Source: Candidatus Onthovivens merdipullorum
GTDB lineage: Bacteria > Bacillota_I > Bacilli_A > RFN20 > CAG-826
Direction: 5' to 3'
DNA length: 53,921 nucleotides
NCBI GenBank assembly: GCA_017694345.1
Contig: JADIMY010000013.1
Coordinates: forward strand, 1-53,921
Within the stretch, counting starts at the first letter, position 1, and the number at the start of each line of letters is the position of its first letter. Shown piece after piece: positions 22,431 through 31,636 of this stretch. Position numbers and translations under genes: made by a program. Under the pieces are notes generated by a model, which had not been told where the DNA came from, ran no database searches, and saw only the letters and a program-made list of their open reading frames with translations.

Positions 22431-24322
22431 AATTCAATTTCCTCTATATTACTGTAATAGTATCCAGTTTCATAATAATTGGAATTTTTAAATCTAGCAC
22501 ATAAAAGTATTTTATCGTGATGTAATTTGTAATTTTGAATATCCGCTGATGAGATAGTATATTTTTCTTGAACAATATTAGGATAAACTTTATTAAAAAT
22601 TTTATTTTCTTCATCAGTTAGTATGATAATGTCACAAGAAGTATATGGAAAATGAACACTTCCCGAATAATAATCTAAATTTATTATTATCTCATTATTA
22701 TTTGTGTATTTTGCTGTTATTGGATTAATGAAATCTAATTTATCTAATATTTCATATAAATCAAACTGGTAATCTCTATTGAATTTATAAATTTCGTTTA
22801 ATAAATCAGAAATAGTAAATATACTTTGATTAAAGAAGAGGCTTAAAAAGTCATCTTTATTAATATTTTGTATATCATTTGTAAACAAAAGTTTATATAA
22901 GAGATCTACAATTGCACTCTCATCACCTTCCCCATAAAAATTGTATCCTGCATCGTTAACAAAATCAAAATGTACCCCTAACGACGATGTGTAACATCCA
23001 TCATTTCCAGTATCAAAATTATCAAAAAAATCACTATATGAATTTTGAACTATAAAACTTAAAATTGTTGCAGTTCCTTCAGAATATGCAATTTTTAAGC
23101 CTTTTTCTCTAGATTTATTAATTGCATAGGCATTATTATTGTAATAATAATCTTGCATATTTGTCGAAAATGAATGTGTTCCGCCTGGGTTATCTCCTAA
23201 ATTCATAACTTCTTGTATTAAATGTGCGTATTCATGCAAAATTACATCAACATCCAAATAAGATGGTACTTGTTTATTCTTATGTTCTGCCAAGCGAATT
23301 ATGCCACCGCTATATGATGAATTGTCTTCTGATGAAGGAAAAATTGCTTTTACAAATGATTTTGGAACATTTTTATTAATAAAATACTGTCCACCATAAT
23401 AAAGTATTTGGTTTATAATTAAACTTTTATATTTGTAGCTACTATTATCATTGATATAAAAAGTAGTAGAGTAATTTTTATAAAAATTATTTCCAATATT
23501 TTTATCAACAGTACTATCAAAAACATAGTAATCCCCAGCATCATTAGTTACTCCTGCATAATTTCCACCAGCATAAAATCTTGTATAAACATCATAGCCA
23601 CCACCAAATATGTCTTCTGTAGTTTTTTCAAAATCGTATCTAAAATACCCGTTTTCATCTGTTATGACAGTTGCTATGAGATCGTCATTTAATGCATCGT
23701 CGTCCATTATGTCTACCCTTAATCCGACTAAAGGAAATGATTTATTTTTAAAATTGAATTTAAGGTATCCTTCTACAAATGGTGTTGAACTTATAGTTCT
23801 TGTCGAACTATAGTAATTCTTAACACTGTTTCCAATATTTAATTCGGTTGTATCAGCTAAAATTTGATATGTGCTTTCAGTAATGATATTAAGCATTTTT
23901 AATTTAGAGTAGAGAATATTGTTTGCATCTTCTAAAGAATATTTACTAGTAGCAACATAATTGTTATAAGCAGAAAAATATAAAGTTAAATTTAGCGCTG
24001 GGATAAAAAAATAACTATCTTTGTATATGCAAAAGCTGATTTTTGCAATATTTTGTTCTATTACTTTTACTTCATATTGGCAATCTGCATCGATTGTTAA
24101 AGTCTGAGAATCTTTAAATTTTTTAATAGTAAGAGAGAATTGATTATTCTTATAAAAATTAGAGTAATCTAAAAATTGAAATTTTGTTGCTGGATAGTCT
24201 TGGTTTTCAAATAAATTAGTTTCATTGTAATTTTCTGCATTGTTATCACAAATTTTAATATTACGATTATTAGAAAATAATGCAAGAATAGTTAAAACTG
24301 CTACTATAAAAGTCTGTTTCAT
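22427..24322 (-). CDS. Secreted putative zinc metallopeptidase (HExxH) with a transthyretin-like / carboxypeptidase-regulatory-like domain
   Basis: RBS AGGAGG and an N-terminal signal peptide. PLVGLRVDIMDDD...TDENGYFRYDF looks like a CarbopepD_reg-like segment. HEYAH is encoded at 23222-23236, with a candidate third ligand in AYSEGTA about 38 aa downstream. Confidence 0.55.
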   Translation of the reverse strand: MKQTFIVAVLTILALFSNNRNIKICDNNAENYNETNLFENQDYPATKFQFLDYSNFYKNNQFSLTIKKFKDSQTLTIDADCQYEVKVIEQNIAKISFCIYKDSYFFIPALNLTLYFSAYNNYVATSKYSLEDANNILYSKLKMLNIITESTYQILADTTELNIGNSVKNYYSSTRTISSTPFVEGYLKFNFKNKSFPLVGLRVDIMDDDALNDDLIATVITDENGYFRYDFEKTTEDIFGGGYDVYTRFYAGGNYAGVTNDAGDYYVFDSTVDKNIGNNFYKNYSTTFYINDNSSYKYKSLIINQILYYGGQYFINKNVPKSFVKAIFPSSEDNSSYSGGIIRLAEHKNKQVPSYLDVDVILHEYAHLIQEVMNLGDNPGGTHSFSTNMQDYYYNNNAYAINKSREKGLKIAYSEGTATILSFIVQNSYSDFFDNFDTGNDGCYTSSLGVHFDFVNDAGYNFYGEGDESAIVDLLYKLLFTNDIQNINKDDFLSLFFNQSIFTISDLLNEIYKFNRDYQFDLYEILDKLDFINPITAKYTNNNEIIINLDYYSGSVHFPYTSCDIIILTDEENKIFNKVYPNIVQEKYTISSADIQNYKLHHDKILLCARFKNSNYYETGYYYSNIEEIEL

Positions 24323-24449
24323 TTTTCTCCTCCTAGAAATAATATCAATATAAATAAAATGTAATATATTCTAATTATTTTTAATATTAAAAAAATATCA
24401 ATATTTTATTAACATTAAAATTAAAGTCAAGTCTATTAAAAGAACGTTT

Positions 24450-25880
24450 TTATTTTGATTTTTTGAAAATTGATTTTTTAGAATAAACAAAATAAATTAC
24501 TGATCCACCCATTATAATTACACTTATAAGCCAAGCTAAAGGAGTACTAAAACATAATCCTAAATAAGATTCATTACTTAAAGGATTTGTTTTATTAATC
24601 ATAATAGGAAGTAAAAAACAAACAAAAGCTCTAGCACATAATTCTCCTATACCACTAAGAAATGGAATAAGTGGTTTTTTAATGCCTTGAAGTGTAGATC
24701 TAGATAACTGCAAAGTACCTTGTAAAATTAAAGAAGGAATAACTGCATATAAATACATTGAACAATAATAAATTATACTTTCATTAACTTCATTTTCTGG
24801 TAAAAAGATATAAGGAACATATTTAATTAAAGGTAAACCAATTATTAAACAAATAATTGCTATAACTACATCAATAAGAAATGTATCTTTAATGCCTTTT
24901 TTAATTCTATCGTATTCTTTAGCGCCATAGTTTTGTCCAACAAAACTAAGTAAAGCATTAGACATCGTTGATAAAGGCATTGTTAAATAGCCTTCGATAT
25001 TGCTATAACAAGTAGCAGCTTTACTAGCCATAGATGTTTCAATATTATTACTATCTAAAACAACACCAAACTTATTAACTTGACTAGATTGAATAAAAGA
25101 TCCAATAAACAAAATTGACCATTGTAAGCCTAAAGGAATACCCATTTTAAGTAAATCAATAGTTTCATCTTTTTCTAATTTAAAATCATTAAATTTAAGA
25201 TTTAAATAAGAATGTTTTTTATGTAAATAAATTAAGGTAATTATTACATTAATTAAATTAGAAGAAATAGTAGCAATTGCTACTCCTCTAGTAGATAGTT
25301 TAATAACTCCACTAAATAAAAAAGCTAATCCTATATTAAGTAAAGTAGTGATTAAACTAACACATAAAGGAAAAAAAGAATCACCTAAAGCTCTTAATAA
25401 ATTGCCCAATAAATTAGACAATACCATAAAAATAAAACCAATTAAGATTATTAAAAAGTAGTTATAAGCATCGCTATAAAATTTATCAGCCACATTTAAT
25501 ATATCTAGTAAGACATTTAGTAAAGATATACCTAAAATTGAGATAAATACCCCAATAATTAAAGAAATAACTAGAGAATGAGCGTAAATTTTTTTAATTC
25601 CTAACTTATCATTAGCACCAAATTTATTAGAAATTAATACAGCAAATCCACTTGTACAACCATAAGCAAAATTAAAGAGTAAACTAGAAATTGAACCTGT
25701 AACATTAATAGCAGTAACTGCATCGCCTCCAACAGTGGTTTTTAAAACAAGTGAATTTACTAAACTAAAAGCATTACCTAATAGCGAAGAAATAAAAATA
25801 GGAATAGCAAAAATAATTAATTTCTTCCAAATTGTTCCTGTTGTGAGATTCTGAGTTTGGAATATTTGTTTAAATTTCAT
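24450..25880 (-). CDS. MATE-family efflux transporter
   Basis: About 12 predicted TM helices. The N-terminus TGTIWKKLIIFAIPIFISSLLGNAF and the 476-aa length are typical of MatE proteins. Confidence 0.85.
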   Translation of the reverse strand: MKFKQIFQTQNLTTGTIWKKLIIFAIPIFISSLLGNAFSLVNSLVLKTTVGGDAVTAINVTGSISSLLFNFAYGCTSGFAVLISNKFGANDKLGIKKIYAHSLVISLIIGVFISILGISLLNVLLDILNVADKFYSDAYNYFLIILIGFIFMVLSNLLGNLLRALGDSFFPLCVSLITTLLNIGLAFLFSGVIKLSTRGVAIATISSNLINVIITLIYLHKKHSYLNLKFNDFKLEKDETIDLLKMGIPLGLQWSILFIGSFIQSSQVNKFGVVLDSNNIETSMASKAATCYSNIEGYLTMPLSTMSNALLSFVGQNYGAKEYDRIKKGIKDTFLIDVVIAIICLIIGLPLIKYVPYIFLPENEVNESIIYYCSMYLYAVIPSLILQGTLQLSRSTLQGIKKPLIPFLSGIGELCARAFVCFLLPIMINKTNPLSNESYLGLCFSTPLAWLISVIIMGGSVIYFVYSKKSIFKKSK

Positions 25881-26036
25881 GAACTAACCTCATTTTCTAG
25901 AAAACATTTTAAAACTTTATATTTATTAATCATCTAGATAATAACATTATTAATAAAGTTAAGATTTTAAATTAGAAAGTAGAAGGAAACACTCTTTTTT
26001 GTTAACATTTAATTAAATTTTGGAGGCAGTTTCTCT

Positions 26037-27842
26037 ATGAAAAAAAGGATTAAAAACGCGGCTATTTTAAGTGTATTGGCTTTATTAACTTCATGTGGCG
26101 AAAAACCAAGCGATGTTTGTACACCAGTTTCAGATGATGATAAGGTTCATTTAATTTTACTTGCTGGACAAAGTGGAGCTAGAGGTAAAGCTTTAGTAAG
26201 TGATTTATCCCCACAAGATAGTCGAGAAATAAATGATATTCCTATTTTGGCTGATGGATATAGAATGGAACAACTCGATAATATCAGTGAAACAATTTCT
26301 GATTCTTTACATTTTGTTAATAGCGGACCAGGATTTGGCGATAGCAGTAATGAATTTGGTCCAGAAATTGGTTTAGCTCAAGTTCTTAAAGAAAGATATC
26401 CAAAAAGTTCAAATGGTGGAGATACTAAGGCAGCAATCGTTAAATATAGCGCATGTGGATCTACTTTTTATGATGATTGGATGAGTGAATCTACAGTAAG
26501 CGATTCATCTTTAACTATTAATAGAGAAAAACTAGTTGTAAATAAAGTTACTAATAAAGAAACAGGTCCTTTAACTAATAATTTCTATCAAATGATTGAT
26601 AAAGCAAAAGATTATTACTACGGCTTGGGCTATGATACAGTAGTGGATGGTGTAATCTTTGTTCATGGTGAACAAGATGCAAAATACGATGTTAATATGG
26701 CAATTTATGAAAAAGCTTTAACAAATTTTATTAGCGATGTAAGAAGTTATGTTGGAGATAGCAAATTACCTTTTATAATTACAGAAGCTTTAACAAATAG
26801 TGCCAAATACTCAAATGAATTAAAAGAGATTCAACAAAGAGTGTGTGAAACTGTTCCTAATACTTATCTTGTTGAAACAAGCGATTTGCAAACAAATACT
26901 TTTGAACCATGGCATTTTGGAGCTAGCTCAAATATTGAACTTGGTAAAAGAGTCGGAAGTACATTGGTTGCTTTAAAAGACAATCGTGTATTTTTAGAGT
27001 TAAATGAATCGACTATTGATGTTTATAAAGATGATGAAAATAGTTTACCTAAATATTTAGAAGCAAGTTTTGATGATGGAAGCAGTGCATATGTTCCTGT
27101 CACTTTTAAAAATTATGATTTAAGTAAAACTGGTAATCAAACCGCTAAAGTAGAAATTAATTATAACTGTCATCATTATGAAAGCGATATTACTCTAAAT
27201 GTAATTGATGCTCCTTATGTTGATGGTGATGTTACCATAGGTTATAGCGGAGCTAAGTCTAATAATATTGGTGATAAAGTTGATTTAAAAATTTTAAATA
27301 AAGCAGATGGGTTATATATCAGTGCTAAAGTTAATGACGATGACATCTGGACTGATGGAGAAAATTGGTCAGTCGGTGATATGGGTCAAATGGACCGCAA
27401 TGATGATTTAGAAATATACTTAGAAGGAAGTAGTGCGACAACAGGCGAAGCAACTTCAAGATATTCAATATTTTTAAGTAGTGCTAATTTATTAAGAGTT
27501 TATGATAAAGGTGTTAATACTACCGAAGATGTAAGTTCCTTATCAGCTAGTAATTTAATTTTTAATAAAGAGGTAGATGGATTTTTACACCATGTTAGAA
27601 CTTTTGGAGAAGTTAATGGTGGAACGAATACTGGTATGGAAATGGAATTATTTATTCCTTATAGCGCTTTAGATATCGATAAAGAAAATATAAAACTCAT
27701 GTTCCAATATCGCGATGTTTCAAGTAATGATAAGACAACCGAAAATAAGGAAACTACACATTTATATTTATCTAAAGGTGTGGATGAAGTTGCTCAAGAA
27801 ACAAAATTAGAAAATTATTTTACTTTAGAGGAATTACTTTAA
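26037..27842 (+). CDS. Lipoprotein carbohydrate O-acetylesterase (SASA / DUF303-type) with Ig-like and CBM9-like C-terminal modules
   Basis: Lipobox LTSC|G. Esterase motifs: HLILLAGQSGARGKA (GQS nucleophile motif), VIFVHGEQDA and EPWHFG. CBM9-like segment: YVDGDV...GLYISAKVNDDDIWTDGENW...NDDLEIYLEG. Confidence 0.7.
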   Translation: MKKRIKNAAILSVLALLTSCGEKPSDVCTPVSDDDKVHLILLAGQSGARGKALVSDLSPQDSREINDIPILADGYRMEQLDNISETISDSLHFVNSGPGFGDSSNEFGPEIGLAQVLKERYPKSSNGGDTKAAIVKYSACGSTFYDDWMSESTVSDSSLTINREKLVVNKVTNKETGPLTNNFYQMIDKAKDYYYGLGYDTVVDGVIFVHGEQDAKYDVNMAIYEKALTNFISDVRSYVGDSKLPFIITEALTNSAKYSNELKEIQQRVCETVPNTYLVETSDLQTNTFEPWHFGASSNIELGKRVGSTLVALKDNRVFLELNESTIDVYKDDENSLPKYLEASFDDGSSAYVPVTFKNYDLSKTGNQTAKVEINYNCHHYESDITLNVIDAPYVDGDVTIGYSGAKSNNIGDKVDLKILNKADGLYISAKVNDDDIWTDGENWSVGDMGQMDRNDDLEIYLEGSSATTGEATSRYSIFLSSANLLRVYDKGVNTTEDVSSLSASNLIFNKEVDGFLHHVRTFGEVNGGTNTGMEMELFIPYSALDIDKENIKLMFQYRDVSSNDKTTENKETTHLYLSKGVDEVAQETKLENYFTLEELL

Positions 27843-27848
27843 TTATTT

Positions 27849-29030
27849 ATGGATGTTAGATGTGCGGATCCATACATTCTTTTTGATAAGGAATCAAATA
27901 CCTTTTATTGCTATGGAACATCAAATATTAGTAAGAACAAAAAAACTTTTTATATTTATAAATCTAAAGATTTAATCAATTGGGAATTTATTGATTACGC
28001 TTTAGATTTATCTATAAATAATTGGGGAAAGGATTGGTATTGGGCACCCGAAGTTTATTATAATGAAAAAACTAAGCGTTATTTTATGTTTTATAGCGCA
28101 AGGATGAAAGACGAATATTTGAAAAAATATTTTGCTGATTCTAATTACGAAGAAGGCTGTAAAATTGGTGTAGCTACATCTTTATCTCCATGTGGACCTT
28201 TTATTAATGTTTCTAATTTACCACTTGACTATTATCCGTTTGATGAAAGTATTGTGGACATAGTTCCTAAACTTAAAAATAAAATGGATGGACATATTGA
28301 TAAATTAAGTTATAAATCTTGTAAGAAAGGCTATTATTTATCGATGATTGACCCAAATGTTTTTTTTGATGATGATGGAAGAATATATTTATATTTTTCT
28401 AGATGCTGTTATCGCAATCGGACTTTTGATTCAAAATTAAATAAATTTATTGAAGAAAGTAATATTTTAATGGTTGAATTAGACGATGAGCGGTTTAACG
28501 ATTTGAACGGTAAAATGATGCCTAAAATCAAAGAAAACTATCTAAAACTTGAGAATAATGTAAGAAAAGATAGATTTAATTTAATAATTTCTTATCATAA
28601 AGATCCACAAGATTGGGAAAATGGACATATTAATGATTTTACTATTTATAAAGGTAAGAAAAAGGACCGTCGTCGGTCTGAAGGAAGTACTACTTTTTAT
28701 AAATATACGAATTATAAAAAAGAATATTTTATTACTTATTCTTGCAACAATTTTGAAAATGAGTTGTATGGCGTAGGCATTGCTAAAAGTAATTCTCCGT
28801 TTGGGTTATTTAAAAAAGACATCAATAATCCAATTATCCACGAAAATATTAATGAAAACCTTTATTCGACTGGACACGGTTCTATTTTGGAATTAAATGG
28901 TAAATATTACTATTTATTTCATGGTAGATGCTCATTAAATTCTGAAAGAATTTTATATTGTGGAGAACTTGAATTTGTAGATGATTCTTTTAGATTAAAA
29001 AAATACACTAAATGTAATTTAATTGATTGA
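27849..29030 (+). CDS. Cytoplasmic GH43-family glycoside hydrolase
   Basis: No signal peptide. GH43 motifs: CADPYILFDKESNTFYCYGTS, WAPEVYYNEKTKRYFMFYSA, IDPNVFFDDDGRIYLYFS and SEGSTTF. Confidence 0.8.
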   Translation: MDVRCADPYILFDKESNTFYCYGTSNISKNKKTFYIYKSKDLINWEFIDYALDLSINNWGKDWYWAPEVYYNEKTKRYFMFYSARMKDEYLKKYFADSNYEEGCKIGVATSLSPCGPFINVSNLPLDYYPFDESIVDIVPKLKNKMDGHIDKLSYKSCKKGYYLSMIDPNVFFDDDGRIYLYFSRCCYRNRTFDSKLNKFIEESNILMVELDDERFNDLNGKMMPKIKENYLKLENNVRKDRFNLIISYHKDPQDWENGHINDFTIYKGKKKDRRRSEGSTTFYKYTNYKKEYFITYSCNNFENELYGVGIAKSNSPFGLFKKDINNPIIHENINENLYSTGHGSILELNGKYYYLFHGRCSLNSERILYCGELEFVDDSFRLKKYTKCNLID

Positions 29031-29054
29031 GTTCATTATTTTTAAAGTAATCAG

Positions 29055-29084
29055 AAAAGTATCGATTTTATCGATACTTTTATA
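29055..29084 (+). terminator. Intrinsic terminator
   Basis: AAAAGTATCGAT-TTT-ATCGATACTTTT: a perfect 12-bp stem with the T-run inside the descending arm. Confidence 0.7.
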
Positions 29085-29122
29085 ATAGTTATTAGACGAT
29101 ATTTTAAAAGTGATTTGTAAAA

Positions 29123-29136
29123 TGTAAGCGGTTTCA
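29123..29136 (+). promoter_or_regulatory. cre / LacI-type operator TGTAAGCGGTTTCA
   Basis: The site fits TGWNANCGNTNWCA. It lies 37 nt upstream of the ATG at 29173 and abuts a TAAAAT -10-like hexamer. Confidence 0.6.
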
Positions 29137-29172
29137 TTAAGATAGTTTTGTAAATAAAATAGAGGTAATTTT

Positions 29173-30264
29173 ATGAAGAAAAATAAAATATTATTAACAT
29201 CTTTAGCTGCTACCTTCTTAATTTTAGGTGGTAGTTTAGTTAGCTGTGGTGATAACAATAATGGTGGAGAAGTTCCTGGTGGAGGTAATCCGCAAGATCC
29301 TGTTAAAGAAATTACATCTTTAACAATTAGACCAGAATATAAACATGTCGATATGGCGGTCGGCGATTACATTTTTGTTGACCAAGAGCTTTATGAAATT
29401 CTTCCTAGTGGATTACCAGCAAAACAAAGAAGAGTCGAAGTTACTATTCTCGAAGGAGAAGATGTCGTATCTTATGAAGATCAATTGTTAACTGCTATCG
29501 GGGCAGGTGAAGCTACAATTGAAGTTTCTAGTGAAGTTAAACCTGAATTAAAAGATACTTTTACAGTTTCTGCAGTTAACCCTGTATTTGATAGAAATAT
29601 GTCTACAACATCATTCTTTGATATGACATACGAAACAGATCCAGAGAACCCTCGTGTTACAAGTCCTGATGAATCTACTGGTGATTTAATATTTGCAAAT
29701 GTATCTGGTACCAAATGGTATGCTGAAAGTACAATAAAACCTATTAGTGTGGCTTCTACAGAATACTATCCTAAATTTGGTATAACTTCTAATTCATTAG
29801 GAACTGATGCTGACACTGCTAATAGTTCATTCTACTATTTCTTGAACGCTTATATAGGAGAAGGAGACACTCCAAATTACAATTGGACAGATGTTGGTTT
29901 TTGTGAAGTTAGAGGAGCTGAAGGTTGGGCATGGAATCCAGGTATAACTAATGGTGATGCTAGACATAATGATGGCTTTTATCAAAATCCTGAACCTTTA
30001 ACTTTAAATGATTCGTTTAAAATGGGAATGGCTAGAGATGGCATTAGATATTATTTCTGGTTTAATGACACTTATATTGGTTGCTTTGATATTATGCAAG
30101 ATTTAATACCTGCAGATGTTCCAAGTGCTCCAGGTTTATTCGAATTTAATAGTAATGTCGAATTTTCTAAATATAGTGCTACAGCTGATGAAGCAGTTGT
30201 TGATGAAAAAATTGCTAGTATCGGAGAAGATATTAAATTAATCACAACAGTTGCTGATGATTAA
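29173..30264 (+). CDS. Surface lipoprotein, short member of the mosaic family (Big_2 + LamG-like B module)
   Basis: Lipobox LVSC|G. GTKWYAES, YYPKFGITSN, MGMARDGIRYYFWFND and PSAPGL are paralogous to 18147 residues GSTKWFAE...LGLARDGADYYFFYND...PSLPGF. Confidence 0.75.
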   Translation: MKKNKILLTSLAATFLILGGSLVSCGDNNNGGEVPGGGNPQDPVKEITSLTIRPEYKHVDMAVGDYIFVDQELYEILPSGLPAKQRRVEVTILEGEDVVSYEDQLLTAIGAGEATIEVSSEVKPELKDTFTVSAVNPVFDRNMSTTSFFDMTYETDPENPRVTSPDESTGDLIFANVSGTKWYAESTIKPISVASTEYYPKFGITSNSLGTDADTANSSFYYFLNAYIGEGDTPNYNWTDVGFCEVRGAEGWAWNPGITNGDARHNDGFYQNPEPLTLNDSFKMGMARDGIRYYFWFNDTYIGCFDIMQDLIPADVPSAPGLFEFNSNVEFSKYSATADEAVVDEKIASIGEDIKLITTVADD

Positions 30265-30291
30265 TTCATTTTAAGATTAATTTTAAAATTT

Positions 30292-30324
30292 ATAAAGTTA
30301 CGCTTTTTGCGTAACTTTATTTAT
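30292..30324 (+). terminator. Intrinsic terminator
   Basis: AAAGTTACGC-TTTTT-GCGTAACTTT followed by ATTTAT. Confidence 0.6.
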
Positions 30325-30328
30325 ACTT

Positions 30329-31516
30329 ATGAAAAATATATTTAAAAACAAAATAGTTGATTACACTTCACATTTAGCTTGTTCACCCTCAAAAAGGTTT
30401 ATTGCTTTATTTATTGACTTTATTTCAATGTGCGTTGTTACATTATTTTTATACTTAGGAAGTTATGAAATTTTAATAAACAATTCAAGTTATATAAATA
30501 AAGATAATACCATTAATGAAGAAGTAGAATATTACAATAACTTAATTAATGAAACTCATTTAGTTGAATTTGAGGATGATACTTTAAAAGAAAGAAAAAG
30601 CATAGATGAAACTGTTTTAACATTGGTGTTAAAACAAATAAATTTGAGTTATACGCTAGATGATAGTGGTAACTTTAATAATCACGAACCAGTCCAAATA
30701 GAAAAATATGGTATAGCTAATAAAGAGACAGATAATATTGCTTATTTTTACTTAAATTACTTACCAAGTCATAATGAAAATAATGATATAGTTGATATTA
30801 ATAATTTAACATATGAAGAATTTTATAAAGTTCATTTTGAAGAATTAGGTGGTTCTTTATATAGCGAATTATTTACAACAAAAGATGATGAAATAATTTA
30901 TATTACACCTTATGTTGCTAGTAGAATATACCGTTACATTTATGAAGATTATTCAGGTGGTGAAGATTATTACTATAATGTTATTAACATTTATCGTTAT
31001 ATCTTTGAAGAAAGTGAAAAACTAGTTATAAATAGTCAAAATTATTATTCTAATCATTATGTAATTTATGAAGATGCCATTATCAAACAAGCTAATATGG
31101 TAAATTTATCTTTTGTTTTAACTATTTTAGTTAGTTTTACTTTAATCATTGCTATCCCTCAAATTTTCTTAAAAGATGGGAAAACTATTGGTAAATCTTG
31201 GCAAGGAATAGCATTAATTTCTAAAAAAGGAAAAGCCTTACCAATAGGTTTATTAATCTTAAGAAATGTATTTTCATTTTTGGGATATTTATTGGTGTCA
31301 ATAATGATTCCAATGCTCCCAATGTTTAACTTTTCTTATAACTCTTTTCAAGTGCCTTTATTTTATCTTGGAAGTTTAAATATTTCATACGGTTTCATAT
31401 TAATTTTAATAGGGATAATTGCGATAATTTCTTCGATACCATCGCTATTTACTAAAAATAAAAATTCTTTAATTGATTACATTAGTCGAACTAATGTAAT
31501 CGAGTTAAAAAGTTAA
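30329..31516 (+). CDS. RDD-family-like integral membrane protein with a large extracytoplasmic loop
   Basis: N-terminal KRFIALFIDFISMCVVTLFLY (RDD-like), a hydrophilic loop of about 200 aa, then several TM helices. Confidence 0.5.
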   Translation: MKNIFKNKIVDYTSHLACSPSKRFIALFIDFISMCVVTLFLYLGSYEILINNSSYINKDNTINEEVEYYNNLINETHLVEFEDDTLKERKSIDETVLTLVLKQINLSYTLDDSGNFNNHEPVQIEKYGIANKETDNIAYFYLNYLPSHNENNDIVDINNLTYEEFYKVHFEELGGSLYSELFTTKDDEIIYITPYVASRIYRYIYEDYSGGEDYYYNVINIYRYIFEESEKLVINSQNYYSNHYVIYEDAIIKQANMVNLSFVLTILVSFTLIIAIPQIFLKDGKTIGKSWQGIALISKKGKALPIGLLILRNVFSFLGYLLVSIMIPMLPMFNFSYNSFQVPLFYLGSLNISYGFILILIGIIAIISSIPSLFTKNKNSLIDYISRTNVIELKS

Positions 31517-31596
31517 TTAAAATTACTTAAAATTATTCATTAATTTTAATGTGAAAATAATGTAGAAGCGATATTTTCTAGAATATAAAATTATGT

Positions 31597-31610
31597 TGTA
31601 AGCGCTTACA
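31597..31610 (+). promoter_or_regulatory. Perfect cre / LacI-type operator TGTAAGCGCTTACA (extends to TTGTAAGCGCTTACAA)
   Basis: The 14-mer is identical to site 5427. It lies 27 nt upstream of the ATG at 31637. Confidence 0.7.
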
Positions 31611-31636
31611 ATTTTTGGCGCATGGAGGAAAGAAAA

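Noticed and set aside
26000-26015. Palindrome TGTTAACA upstream of the 26037 esterase gene as a fifth operator
   Set aside because: It lacks the central CG and the TGWNANCGNTNWCA pattern. An 8-bp AT-rich palindrome is expected by chance in this composition.
26037-26052. Short poly-A runs at the 5' ends of lipoprotein genes (for example ATGAAAAAAAGG) as phase-variation tracts
   Set aside because: Runs of 7-8 A are explained by Lys-Lys codons of signal-peptide n-regions in an AT-rich genome. All are in frame, and nothing distinguishes them from background, unlike the G9 tract.
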